From Bacillota bacterium (GTDB lineage Bacteria; Bacillota; Dethiobacteria; DTU022), in NCBI GenBank assembly GCA_051748565.1, contig JBNJHN010000005.1, forward strand, positions 1-61,765: a DNA stretch of 61,765 bases, written 5' to 3'. Shown here piece by piece: positions 18,606 through 28,137 of this stretch (position 1 is the stretch's first letter; each line of letters starts with the position of its first letter). The position numbers and the translations under genes are program-made. The notes below the pieces were generated by a model. It ran no database searches. It was not told where the DNA came from and saw only the letters and a list, made by a program, of their open reading frames with translations.

Positions 18606-19100
18606 TTGAGCACTGAAGCTGCAACTGCAGAAGTAATTAACAAGGAAATTGATTTAAGCGAGGTCGATTCTATAGTTGAGCCTTACCTGGGCAAAAAAGA
18701 AATGGTTATACCGGTATTACAAAAAGTGCAGGACCATTTCGGTTACCTGCCGCGTGCCGCCATGGAACAGGTATCACAAAGGATGCGCATACCTCTCAGC
18801 CGGCTCTACGGTATAGCCACTTTTTATGCCCAGTTTAAAATGAAGCCGCGGGGCCGGTATATTATCAGGGTTTGTAAAGGAACAGCCTGTCATATACAGG
18901 GGAGCCCCAAGATCGCCGGCCGGATCGAAGAGCTTCTGGGTATCGAAAGCGGGGAAACTACCGAAGACCTGCGTTTTACACTCGAAGAGGTTGCCTGTAT
19001 CGGGGCCTGTGCCCTGGCCCCGGTTATTATGATCAACGACGATCCGCACGGTCGGCTGACCCTGGATAAAATAGAAGAAATTCTTGACAGTTACGAATAA
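18606..19100 (+). CDS. NuoE/HydC-like [2Fe-2S] subunit
   Basis: IPVLQKVQDHFGYLP, GIATFYAQF, CKGTAC, CIGAC; start TTG 18606 (SD AGGAGG). Confidence 0.92.
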   Translation: MSTEAATAEVINKEIDLSEVDSIVEPYLGKKEMVIPVLQKVQDHFGYLPRAAMEQVSQRMRIPLSRLYGIATFYAQFKMKPRGRYIIRVCKGTACHIQGSPKIAGRIEELLGIESGETTEDLRFTLEEVACIGACALAPVIMINDDPHGRLTLDKIEEILDSYE

Positions 19101-19122
19101 ATGAATTGTGGGAGGTAGCCTG

Positions 19123-19302
19123 ATGGAAAGGTTTATTGATCATTGCTGTGAAAAATGTACCCATACTAAATCAACGCCCTGTAAAGATTTTATCGCCTGT
19201 TGTGTTGAAGGACCGATCTGTCATCAGAACCGGTCCTGTGAAGACAGCAGGAAGGCGATCATTGATAAAGTAGCCATTAACGGACAATTTGTAATCTGCT
19301 AA
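19123..19302 (+). CDS. small Cys/His-rich protein (59 aa) within the redox operon
   Basis: SD GGAGG then ATG 19123: MERFIDHCCEKCTHTKSTPCKDFIACCVEGPICHQNRSC...; fills the gap between the nuoE-like and nuoF-like genes. Confidence 0.65.
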   Translation: MERFIDHCCEKCTHTKSTPCKDFIACCVEGPICHQNRSCEDSRKAIIDKVAINGQFVIC

Positions 19303-19333
19303 TGAAAAGTTCCGGAAGAGGGAGGTAAATAAA

Positions 19334-21151
19334 TTGTATGAGAAGCACCTTATGATTTGTGGAGCCACGGGCTGCCTGTCTTCAGGGTCTCACTTGGTTG
19401 AGGCAGCCCTGATTGAAGAGCTTGATAAACAGGGGATTAAGGATAAATACCGCCTGGTCATGGGTGGTTGCCCCGGTTTTTGTGAAGTGGGCCCGATTAT
19501 TGTTATCTACCCTGACGAAGTTTTTTACTGCCGCCTGAAACCAAAGGATATGGCTGAACTGGTTGAAAAGCATTTGGTCGGTGGCGAAATAGTCGAACGG
19601 CTTCTGTACAAGGGTCCTGATGTCGATGCGCCGGCCCGTTTTTATGATACGATACCTTTCTATCACAAGCAAAAATTTAATGTTTTACGAAACAGCGGTA
19701 TTATAGATCCGGAGAGTATAGATGAATATATCATGCGCGGTGGCTATCGTGCTTTTACACGGGCCATGGACATGGATCCGGCCTTAATCTGTGAAGAAGT
19801 TAAGCAGTCAGGTTTACGTGGGCGGGGTGGAGCCGGTTTTTCAACCGGCTTGAAATGGGAATTTACCAGTAAAGCACCCGGCCCAAAAAAATATGTTGTC
19901 TGTAATGCTGATGAAGGCGACCCGGGAGCATTTATGGACCGCAGTATTCTTGAAGGAGATCCCCATGCTATCCTGGAAGGGATGCTGATCTGCGGGAAGG
20001 CTATAGGTGCAGATGAGGGCTATATTTACTGCCGGGCTGAATACCCGCTTGCTATAAAAAGGCTTAAGATTGCCATAGAGAAAGCTGAGCTGTACGGTCT
20101 GCTTGGAGAAAACATTTTAGGTTATGATTTTAACTTCAAAATAAACATTAAAGAGGGGGCCGGCGCATTTGTCTGTGGAGAAGAAACAGCCCTGCTGGCT
20201 TCGATTGAAGGTAAAAGAGGCATGCCACGCCCCCGCCCGCCTTTTCCGGCTCAATCCGGCCTCTTCGGCAAACCGACTACAATCAATAATGTGGAAACCC
20301 TCGCTAATATACCCCTTATTGTTAAAGAGGGTGGTGCAGCGGAGTTTGCCAAAGTCGGCACCGAGGGAAGCAAAGGGACAAAGGTATTTGCCCTGGCCGG
20401 CAAGATTCGCAACACCGGTTTATGCGAGGTTCCCATGGGTATAACCATCAGGGAGATAATCTACGATGTTGGCGGAGGGATTAAAGGCGGACGTGAATTT
20501 AAGGCTGTTCAGGCCGGCGGACCGTCAGGAGGCTGCATACCGGCAGAACAGCTTGACTTGCCGATAGATTATGACTCACTGAACCAGGCCGGAGCAATTA
20601 TGGGTTCGGGAGGCCTGGTGGTAATGGACGAGCGGACCTGCATGGTAGATCTGGCCCGTTATTTTTTAAGCTTTACCCAAAAAGAATCCTGTGGCAAGTG
20701 CACTCCCTGCCGGGAAGGCACAAAGCGCATGCTGGAAATATTAAACCGCATTGCCGAGGGGTTCGGCAAGCCGGAGGATCTGGATACACTCGACAGCCTG
20801 GCCATAAGCATTAAAGACAGTTCCCTTTGCGGGCTTGGGCAGACCTGTCCCAACCCTGTCCTCAGCACTATTCGTTATTTCCGTAATGAATATGAAGAAC
20901 ATATTATCGATCATTACTGCCGGGCAGGCGTCTGCAAGGAGCTGTTTAATTTAAGGATTGACGAGGAAAAGTGTACCGGCTGTACTGCCTGTGTGCGGGC
21001 CTGCCCCGTGGATGCAATCAGGGGCGAGAAGAAAGAACCCCATGAAATTATACAGGAATTGTGCACCCGCTGCGGAAGCTGTGTGGAAAAATGCCGGCAG
21101 GACTGTATAATGATTACTCCGGTTGGGAGGAAAGCCGATGTCAGCAATTAA
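19334..21151 (+). CDS. NuoF/HydB-like FMN- and NADH-binding subunit with N-terminal [2Fe-2S] and C-terminal 2x[4Fe-4S]
   Basis: CGATGC..GCPGFC, SGLRGRGGAGF, CNADEGDPGAFMDRS, GAFVCGEETAL, GGPSGG, ESCGKCTPCREG, CTGCTACVRACP, CTRCGSCVEKC. Confidence 0.93.
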   Translation: MYEKHLMICGATGCLSSGSHLVEAALIEELDKQGIKDKYRLVMGGCPGFCEVGPIIVIYPDEVFYCRLKPKDMAELVEKHLVGGEIVERLLYKGPDVDAPARFYDTIPFYHKQKFNVLRNSGIIDPESIDEYIMRGGYRAFTRAMDMDPALICEEVKQSGLRGRGGAGFSTGLKWEFTSKAPGPKKYVVCNADEGDPGAFMDRSILEGDPHAILEGMLICGKAIGADEGYIYCRAEYPLAIKRLKIAIEKAELYGLLGENILGYDFNFKINIKEGAGAFVCGEETALLASIEGKRGMPRPRPPFPAQSGLFGKPTTINNVETLANIPLIVKEGGAAEFAKVGTEGSKGTKVFALAGKIRNTGLCEVPMGITIREIIYDVGGGIKGGREFKAVQAGGPSGGCIPAEQLDLPIDYDSLNQAGAIMGSGGLVVMDERTCMVDLARYFLSFTQKESCGKCTPCREGTKRMLEILNRIAEGFGKPEDLDTLDSLAISIKDSSLCGLGQTCPNPVLSTIRYFRNEYEEHIIDHYCRAGVCKELFNLRIDEEKCTGCTACVRACPVDAIRGEKKEPHEIIQELCTRCGSCVEKCRQDCIMITPVGRKADVSN

Positions 21152-23591
21152 CATTACTATCGATGGAATAGAGATCGGAGTGGATCCGGGAACTACCATA
21201 TTAGAGGCTGCCCGTCAGCTGGGCATAGATATACCAACTTTTTGCTACGACCCGGAATTGGCTCCAAACGGAGCCTGCAGAATCTGCGTGGTAGAGGTTG
21301 AAAACGCCCGGAGCCTGATTGCTTCCTGTGTCGCTCCCGCGGGACCGGGGATGATCATTCAAACCGAATCTGAAAGAGTTATCAAGGCCCGCAAAGGCAT
21401 ATTAAGTTTGCTTATAGCCAACCACCCCCTGGATTGTATAACCTGTGAAAGAACCGGTTCCTGTAAACTGCAGGATTACTGTTACCGCTATGGTGTTGCC
21501 GAAAGCGAGTTTAGCGGAGAAGTCAAGAGGCTGCCCTATGATGATACCAATGCATTCTTTGTCCGTGATATGAATAAATGTATTCTCTGCGGAATCTGTG
21601 TCGGTAAGTGCCAGGAAGTTGTCGGTGCAGGAGCAATCGATTTTACCAGGCGGGGCTTTATATCAAATGTTGGCCCGCCATTTGAAGATTCTATTGAAGA
21701 TTCAACCTGTGTTTTCTGCGGGCTCTGTATAGATAACTGCCCGGTCGGGGCCCTGATTCCCAAACATGGTATTGGGCTGGGACGCCCATGGCAATTCGAG
21801 TGTGTCAGGACTGTTTGCCCTTACTGCAGTGTTGGCTGTAATCTATATCTGCATGTTAAAGATAATGATCTGATCGGAGTCAGTCCTGTTGAAAATAACC
21901 CTGTTAACCGTGGTCAACTCTGTATCAGGGGCAAGTTCGGTTGGGATTACCTGAAAAGCGGTGACCGCCTGAAAGCCCCGCTGGTCAAGTCAAACGGAGT
22001 ATTTGTTGAAGTCAGCTGGGAAGAGGCTCTCGGGCTGATAGCCGACAACTTTGAAGAAATAAGGAGCCGCTATGGCGTAGATGCCTTGATGGGGCTCTGT
22101 TCACCGAAAACAACCAATGAAGAAAGTTACCTCTTCCAGAAATTAATCCGTTCCCTGGGCACAAACAATGTGGATAGTTATACCCGTCATTGTCATGCTC
22201 CCATGGTAGATGGAATGATGGAATCCTTTGGCAGTGCAGCCACGACAAATAGTATTGAAGAGCTTTCCACAACAGGAGCGGTTTTTATTGTCTGCGCAAA
22301 TCCTTATGAAAGCCATCCCATAATCAGCAACCGGGTTCGAGAAGCGGTTGCGGGAGGAGCAAAGCTGATAATTGCTGAGCCTGAACCGATCCAACTCGTA
22401 GAAATTGCTCATCATTACCTCTCTCTCAAACCGGGCAGTGCCATTGCCCTAATCAATGCCATGGCCCACATTATTCTTGAGGAAGGGCTGCAGGACCAGG
22501 CCTTCATTGATAAGCGCACGGAGGGGTTTGACTTATTCAAGACGTCAATTACAAAATATACCCCGCATTATGCTGCTGAACTCACCGGGGTTTCGGAGGA
22601 AGAACTGCGCTGTGCAGCCCGTGATTTTGCTGCAGCAAAGAATGCAGCTATTATATCGTCAGCAGGCGGCGATAAATACACCGAAAATGACGGACTCGTT
22701 TTAGCGCTGGCCAACCTGGCCCTGCTAACCGGCAACCTGGGTAAAGAATCGGCCGGATTATACCTGCCTTATGGTGAAAACAACCTGCAGGGAATATCCG
22801 ATATGGGCGTCCTGCCGGCAGTTTTAACCGGTTATCAATCGTTAAAAGATAAAGCGGTTCGCGATAAATTTGAACAGGCCTGGGGGGTAACAATCAGTGA
22901 GGCCCCCGGCCAAACTGCGGCTGAAGTATTCGAAAGCACAGAAAAATCAACAGTTAAATCAATGTATATTTTGGATGAAAACCCGGTATACTGCAGCGGT
23001 GTAAGTTCGGAAACAGCAGATTTTTTGAACAACCTGGAGTTTCTGGTTGTGCAGGATATTTTTATGACCGAAACCGCTGCCCTGGCGGATGTTGTACTGC
23101 CTGCCGCCGCTTTTGCCGAACAACTGGGCACTTATACCAATATGGAAAGACGTGTCCAACTTGGCCAACCGGCCATGGAACCACCTGGAGAAGCCTATCC
23201 CGGTTGGGCTATTATAGCTGAATTGGCAGGCTGGCTGGGATTTGAATGGAACTATGATGGGCCTGAAGAAATATTTAAAGAGATCGCATCACTAACTCCG
23301 CAGTACAGCGGCATATCCTATGAACGTCTTCTCGATCAGGGTCTTCAGTGGCCCTGTCCTGAAGAAGACCATCCCGGAAAAAGATTTTTATTCGACGGGC
23401 GTTTCAGCCGCGGGCTGGGCAAATTTACAGCAGTTGAATACAAGGTCTCCGAGGAGCTGACAAATGAACGTCAGACGCTGGAAATTAGGCAGGATCATAG
23501 CACCTGCCGATGTCAGAGCGATAGTATGGTCAGTCGCTCAGTAATCGGCAATTTTAAAAACGTTTCCGGGTTAAAGCCTGCTGGAAACTAA
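21138..23591 (+). CDS. FdhA/NuoG-like molybdopterin oxidoreductase family subunit; catalytic motifs degenerate and C-terminal domain truncated
   Basis: N-terminal Fe-S motifs (PTFC..GACRIC, HPLDCITC..C, CILCGIC, CVFCGLC, CPYCSVGC..LCIRG), NNVDSYTRHCHAP, VVQDIFMTETA..ADVVLPA, GTYTNMERRVQ; start ATG 21138. Confidence 0.85.
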   Translation: MSAINITIDGIEIGVDPGTTILEAARQLGIDIPTFCYDPELAPNGACRICVVEVENARSLIASCVAPAGPGMIIQTESERVIKARKGILSLLIANHPLDCITCERTGSCKLQDYCYRYGVAESEFSGEVKRLPYDDTNAFFVRDMNKCILCGICVGKCQEVVGAGAIDFTRRGFISNVGPPFEDSIEDSTCVFCGLCIDNCPVGALIPKHGIGLGRPWQFECVRTVCPYCSVGCNLYLHVKDNDLIGVSPVENNPVNRGQLCIRGKFGWDYLKSGDRLKAPLVKSNGVFVEVSWEEALGLIADNFEEIRSRYGVDALMGLCSPKTTNEESYLFQKLIRSLGTNNVDSYTRHCHAPMVDGMMESFGSAATTNSIEELSTTGAVFIVCANPYESHPIISNRVREAVAGGAKLIIAEPEPIQLVEIAHHYLSLKPGSAIALINAMAHIILEEGLQDQAFIDKRTEGFDLFKTSITKYTPHYAAELTGVSEEELRCAARDFAAAKNAAIISSAGGDKYTENDGLVLALANLALLTGNLGKESAGLYLPYGENNLQGISDMGVLPAVLTGYQSLKDKAVRDKFEQAWGVTISEAPGQTAAEVFESTEKSTVKSMYILDENPVYCSGVSSETADFLNNLEFLVVQDIFMTETAALADVVLPAAAFAEQLGTYTNMERRVQLGQPAMEPPGEAYPGWAIIAELAGWLGFEWNYDGPEEIFKEIASLTPQYSGISYERLLDQGLQWPCPEEDHPGKRFLFDGRFSRGLGKFTAVEYKVSEELTNERQTLEIRQDHSTCRCQSDSMVSRSVIGNFKNVSGLKPAGN

Positions 23592-23633
23592 CAACAGGCT
23601 AAAGCCGGGGTAAAAAAGGATTTTTGAATAAAT

Positions 23634-24428
23634 ATGGAAAAAGCGGTCCGGAAACAGATAATCAGGGTTAGCCGGGGCCCGGATGGCGGGCGGGAAGAGC
23701 TTCAGGACCTGGTAATAGTTGAAGCTCCTGTAACCATTTATGTTAACGGCAGGGAACTGGTAACATTACTGTGCAGCCCGGAGAAAACCGACTGCCTGGC
23801 CCTGGGATTTCTTCGCTCTGAAGGTCTGATTACTTCGACTGATGATCTCAGTTCAGTCCGGGTTAAGGAAAAAGAAGGCCTGGTTGAAATAGAGCTTAAA
23901 AACGAAACCGGCCTGGCCGAAAAGCTGTACGGTAAAAGAACTGTAACTTCGGGCTGTGGCAAAGGGACCCTTTTTTTCAATGTGCTGGACTCGCTGCGCA
24001 GCCGGCCGCTTACCGGTAAACAAAAAATTAAGGCCGCTGAAATTCTGGCCCTGATCGGCTCACTGCAGAATAAGGCGGAATTATTTAAGTCTACCGGTGG
24101 TGTACACAGTGCAGCTATTGCTGATCGGGAAAACATTCTTTATTTCCATGAAGATATTGGCAGGCATAATGCCATTGATAAAATTATCGGTGAATGTCTC
24201 CTGGCTGGATTAGCTACCGGGGATAAAATTATTATTACAAGTGGCCGATTGAGCTCGGAAATATTATTAAAAGCGGCCAAGCTGGAAATACAAATGCTCA
24301 TTTCCCGGGCCGCCCCGACTTCACTTTGCATTGAACTGGCTGAAAACTTAAATATCACCCTGGTCGGTTTTGCCAGGGGTAAACGGTTTAATATTTACAG
24401 CCACCAGTGGAGAATTGAAAACTTCTGA
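23634..24428 (+). CDS. fdhD: formate dehydrogenase accessory sulfurtransferase
   Basis: LALGFLRSEG, TSGCG, TGGVHSAA, EDIGRHNAIDK, SGRLSSE, LVGFARG. Confidence 0.93.
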   Translation: MEKAVRKQIIRVSRGPDGGREELQDLVIVEAPVTIYVNGRELVTLLCSPEKTDCLALGFLRSEGLITSTDDLSSVRVKEKEGLVEIELKNETGLAEKLYGKRTVTSGCGKGTLFFNVLDSLRSRPLTGKQKIKAAEILALIGSLQNKAELFKSTGGVHSAAIADRENILYFHEDIGRHNAIDKIIGECLLAGLATGDKIIITSGRLSSEILLKAAKLEIQMLISRAAPTSLCIELAENLNITLVGFARGKRFNIYSHQWRIENF

Positions 24429-24471
24429 CCAGTCAGCTTTTCCTGCCATAAAAGATTTTATTGCAGGATTT

Positions 24472-25350
24472 TCAGGAAGTTACATGCCTGCGCAGCGCTT
24501 TCTTGTCATCAACCAGTTTTTTATCAAGGTGAAGCTTTCTGGCACTTACATTAACTTCGTCCAGGTACAAGCCGGTCTGGTATTCTATCCCTTCCTTGAC
24601 TGTTTGCTGAACTTCACGTAGAAGGGTATCTAATTTCATGCCCGGTATATGGGCCAAGTCGATTTCCAGGTCAATGTTTATAACTACTTGTTTACTTCCA
24701 TTTTCCAAATCAACATGTATTACCTTGTAAACGCCCGGTATTTTAGAGATTATATATTCTACCAGTTCTGTGATCACGTGCTCGGCAATAAAAAAGCTGC
24801 CCAGGGTACTGAAAACAGGCCTGACTACGGAACGTTCAACCGGGGCACCTTCAGGCAGGGAAGAAGGAAAGCTGAAAAATGAACGAAGTGGATCGATTAT
24901 ATAACCGGGAAATTCCTTTTTAATCGCAAAGGTGGGCAGTGGTATAACATGACGGTTTTCCTTTGCCCTTAAAGTAAGAGCAGCTTTAATAGAATCGGGA
25001 TCGGAAACTTCTTCGATGGTATAATAATGTGCAGGTTTGGGCAGCCCCAGGTTCTCCGCAATGAGGTCTGCCATCCGCCTTGAGGTGCTTATAATCAATA
25101 AACGCCCCGGCTTGATTTCAGATAACTTGTCCTTTACCTGCCGGGCATGATCGGGATTTTTGAAGATTGCTCTCTTTATTGCTCCAAAGCGGGTATTTTC
25201 CCTTTTTGCCGAGCGGCCTGCCAGGTTTATATTGCCTTTTATCAATAGGCCGTCATCGATTATGTATTCGATACTGTACTGCCTGGCGATGACCGGGGCC
25301 CGGTGGCTCTTACCCGTCCCGCTGTGTCCGATTAGCGCATATATTTCCAT
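24472..25350 (-). CDS. P-loop NTPase fused to an Asp23/Gls24-like C-terminal domain
   Basis: ALIGHSGTGKS Walker A, IIDDGLLI, AGRSAKRE; C-term LLREVQQTVKEGIEYQTGLYLDEVNV. Confidence 0.75.
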   Translation of the reverse strand: MEIYALIGHSGTGKSHRAPVIARQYSIEYIIDDGLLIKGNINLAGRSAKRENTRFGAIKRAIFKNPDHARQVKDKLSEIKPGRLLIISTSRRMADLIAENLGLPKPAHYYTIEEVSDPDSIKAALTLRAKENRHVIPLPTFAIKKEFPGYIIDPLRSFFSFPSSLPEGAPVERSVVRPVFSTLGSFFIAEHVITELVEYIISKIPGVYKVIHVDLENGSKQVVINIDLEIDLAHIPGMKLDTLLREVQQTVKEGIEYQTGLYLDEVNVSARKLHLDKKLVDDKKALRRHVTS

Positions 25351-25438
25351 TTAACCACTTCCATAACTGCAAATATTCCGGTACTTGCGCCCGGTAGCAA
25401 AACTGTTTTATTATTATAGCACAATCTGAAGAAGTGAA

Positions 25439-26734
25439 TTGGAGAATCAAGTGATAATAATAACAGCTCCACCTGAAAAATTTTCCGGCGAATTAAATAT
25501 TCCCGGTGATAAATCAATTACCCACCGAGCCGCGATGCTCGGGGCGCTGGCCCGGGGGATTACCGAAATTCATGGGTATCTCAATGCAGAAGACTGCCGG
25601 TCAACTTTCAGCTGTCTGAAATCCCTGGGGGTTAAAATCAATACCAGGGGGGGGCGGCTTTTCGTAGAAGGAAGGAATATGGCCTTAAAAAGTCCATCAC
25701 ATCCCCTTGAGGCTGGAAATTCAGGCACAACGGCCAGGCTTCTGCTTGGCATATTGGCCGGTCAGCCTTTTAGCGCTACTATCACCGGTGACCAATCTCT
25801 CCGGAAACGGCCGATGAAACGGGTTGTTGAGCCGCTGCGATTAATGGGTGCCTCTATTACAGCAGAAAACGATGACGATTACCTTCCTCTTACCATCAAT
25901 GGAGCAAACCTTCAACCTCTGGATTATGAGTCCCCCCGGGCCAGTGCACAGGTTAAATCGGCAATCTTATTGGCCGGCTTGTATACTGAAGGCATTACCA
26001 CAGTTGAAGAGCCTTACAGAAGCCGCAATCACACTGAGTTAATGCTCTCCCGTTTCGGAGCGTCTGTCAAAATTGAGGGTTGTAAAGTTGCCCTGCAAGG
26101 CAGGCCGATTTTGCATGGAACTCAAATCAATATCCCCGGGGATATTTCTACTGCCGCATTTTTCATGGTTGCTGCGGCGATTATGCCCGGCTCGGAATTG
26201 CTTCTTAAAAATGTCGGTGTTAACCCCACACGTAGCGGCATTATTGATATCCTTAATACAATGGGAGCTGAAATTGAGCTGCAGAATAAACGTGACTGGG
26301 GTGGGGAACCGGCTGCAGATATTTTAGTCAGGGGAGGAAGCCGATTAAAAGCTGCATCTCTCAGCGGTGAAATAATTCCCCTGCTTATCGACGAAATACC
26401 GATATTGGCAGTCGCGGCGTCAGTCGCCGAAGGTAAAACTGTGATCAGCGGCGCTTCAGAATTAAGGGTCAAAGAGTCGGACCGTATTTCCGCCCTTTCC
26501 GGGCAGTTGATTAAGCTGGGTGCAGCTGTGGAAGAAACTGAAGACGGACTGATTATTGAAGGTAAAAATGTACTCCGGGGTGCTGAAGTAGAAAGCTATG
26601 GAGACCACCGCATTGCCATGTCGCTTGCTGTTGCCGGGTTGGTGGCTAAGGGAGAAACAGTCATACACGGTGCAGAAGCAATAAATATTTCTTATCCCGG
26701 ATTTATGCCCGCTCTTCGCTCCCTGACCAAATAG
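25439..26734 (+). CDS. aroA: 3-phosphoshikimate 1-carboxyvinyltransferase (class II EPSP synthase)
   Basis: PGDKSITHRA, GNSGTTARL, SAQVKSA, RNHTELML, LIDEIP, ELRVKESDR, DHRIAM. Confidence 0.96.
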   Translation: MENQVIIITAPPEKFSGELNIPGDKSITHRAAMLGALARGITEIHGYLNAEDCRSTFSCLKSLGVKINTRGGRLFVEGRNMALKSPSHPLEAGNSGTTARLLLGILAGQPFSATITGDQSLRKRPMKRVVEPLRLMGASITAENDDDYLPLTINGANLQPLDYESPRASAQVKSAILLAGLYTEGITTVEEPYRSRNHTELMLSRFGASVKIEGCKVALQGRPILHGTQINIPGDISTAAFFMVAAAIMPGSELLLKNVGVNPTRSGIIDILNTMGAEIELQNKRDWGGEPAADILVRGGSRLKAASLSGEIIPLLIDEIPILAVAASVAEGKTVISGASELRVKESDRISALSGQLIKLGAAVEETEDGLIIEGKNVLRGAEVESYGDHRIAMSLAVAGLVAKGETVIHGAEAINISYPGFMPALRSLTK

Positions 26735-26743
26735 CCAGCGAAA

Positions 26744-26772
26744 TTGACGCTTTAACTCTCCTATGTTAAAAT
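26744..26772 (+). promoter_or_regulatory. sigma-A promoter of the his operon
   Basis: TTGACG-N17-TAAAAT with TG extension. Confidence 0.65.
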
Positions 26773-26832
26773 ATGGTTGCTTTTTCCGCTTACCTTCGTA
26801 CCCAAATAATCAGTATGGCAGATGAGGAGAAA

Positions 26833-28137
26833 ATGATGGTCCTGCCCGTATATTCATACGCAGAATATAAGAAAAATCATCCTTTGATCAGCTTGAATGA
26901 TTATCTAAAGGAGCGGGAGCAGGTTCTGAAAATAATTGAAGATGTTCGCCATAACGGTGATAATGCCCTGATAAAATATGCCCTGGAATTTGATCGGGCT
27001 GAACTCTCAAAATTGCAGGTGACCGCAGAAGATCTTGCCGCAGCAGCCCGCTCAGTTGAACCATATTTATTGGAAGCCATTCGTGGGGCGAAAGAAAATA
27101 TTGAGCGATTCCACCGCCGCCAGGTTGAACAGGACTGGTGGGAAAGCGGACCGGGCCGGCTGGCAGGACAGCGCTTCATACCGCTGCAATCAGTCGGAGC
27201 TTACATTCCGGGCGGAACAGCGGCTTACCCATCATCTGTTTTGATGACCGTTGTTCCGGCACAGGTTGCCGGCGTGAAAGAGATATATATCTGCACCCCC
27301 CCGGGTAGCGATGGTTCAGTTAACCCCCTGACCCTTGCCGCTGCTCATGAAGCCGGAGCAAAAGCAGTCTACATGGCCGGTGGAGCCCAGGCGATTGCAG
27401 CGATGGCTTATGGCACAGAAACCATTCCAGCGGTGCAGAAAATAGTCGGCCCCGGTAATATCTATGTAACACTGGCTAAAAAAGAAGTTTTCGGAGAGGT
27501 CGGCATTGATATGCTGGCCGGCCCCAGTGAAATAGTAATTGTTGCTGATCAGGCGGCCAGGCCGTCTTTTATTGCTGCCGACCTTTTATCGCAGGCTGAG
27601 CATGATCCTCTTTCCCGTTCAATATTAATTACCACATCCGAAGAACTGGCTTTTTCGGTTGCCGAACATCTTGAAGAGCAGCTGGCCACGCTGCCGAGAA
27701 AAAATATAGCAGAACAATCTCTTAAAAAACAGGGTGCAGTTATCCTGGTATCCAGCCTGGATGATGCCTGGCCGATTGTTAACGAACTGGCCCCCGAACA
27801 CCTCGAACTGCATATTGAAGAAGCCTGGCGATATATTGATTCTGTAAGAAGTGCCGGTGCCGTGTTTGTCGGTTCATTTACCCCGGAATCGCTTGGGGAT
27901 TACTGGGCGGGTTCGAACCATGTATTACCCACGGCAGCTGCAGCCCGTTATACATCGGCCCTGGGGGTGGCTGATTATATCAAACGTTCTCACGTTCTCT
28001 GTTATTCCAGCCATGCTTTAGAGCAGGCAGCGCCGCAAATAGCTGCACTGGCCAGGGCCGAGGGCCTTGAAGCTCATGCCAGGGCAGTGTTAATAAGGAG
28101 GCAGATCAATGAATCGTCAGGCAAGAGTCGAACGTAA
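26833..28137 (+). CDS. hisD: histidinol dehydrogenase
   Basis: YIPGGTAAYPSSVLM, GGAQAIAA, VGPGNIYV, DMLAGPSE, QAEHD, APEHLE; start moved to ATG 26833 (SD GAGGAG, promoter just upstream). Confidence 0.96.
   Translation: MMVLPVYSYAEYKKNHPLISLNDYLKEREQVLKIIEDVRHNGDNALIKYALEFDRAELSKLQVTAEDLAAAARSVEPYLLEAIRGAKENIERFHRRQVEQDWWESGPGRLAGQRFIPLQSVGAYIPGGTAAYPSSVLMTVVPAQVAGVKEIYICTPPGSDGSVNPLTLAAAHEAGAKAVYMAGGAQAIAAMAYGTETIPAVQKIVGPGNIYVTLAKKEVFGEVGIDMLAGPSEIVIVADQAARPSFIAADLLSQAEHDPLSRSILITTSEELAFSVAEHLEEQLATLPRKNIAEQSLKKQGAVILVSSLDDAWPIVNELAPEHLELHIEEAWRYIDSVRSAGAVFVGSFTPESLGDYWAGSNHVLPTAAAARYTSALGVADYIKRSHVLCYSSHALEQAAPQIAALARAEGLEAHARAVLIRRQINESSGKSRT

Noticed and set aside
22180-22200. Possible selenocysteine in the FdhA-like active site
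   Set aside because: The codon is TGT (Cys) and the frame is open; no in-frame TGA
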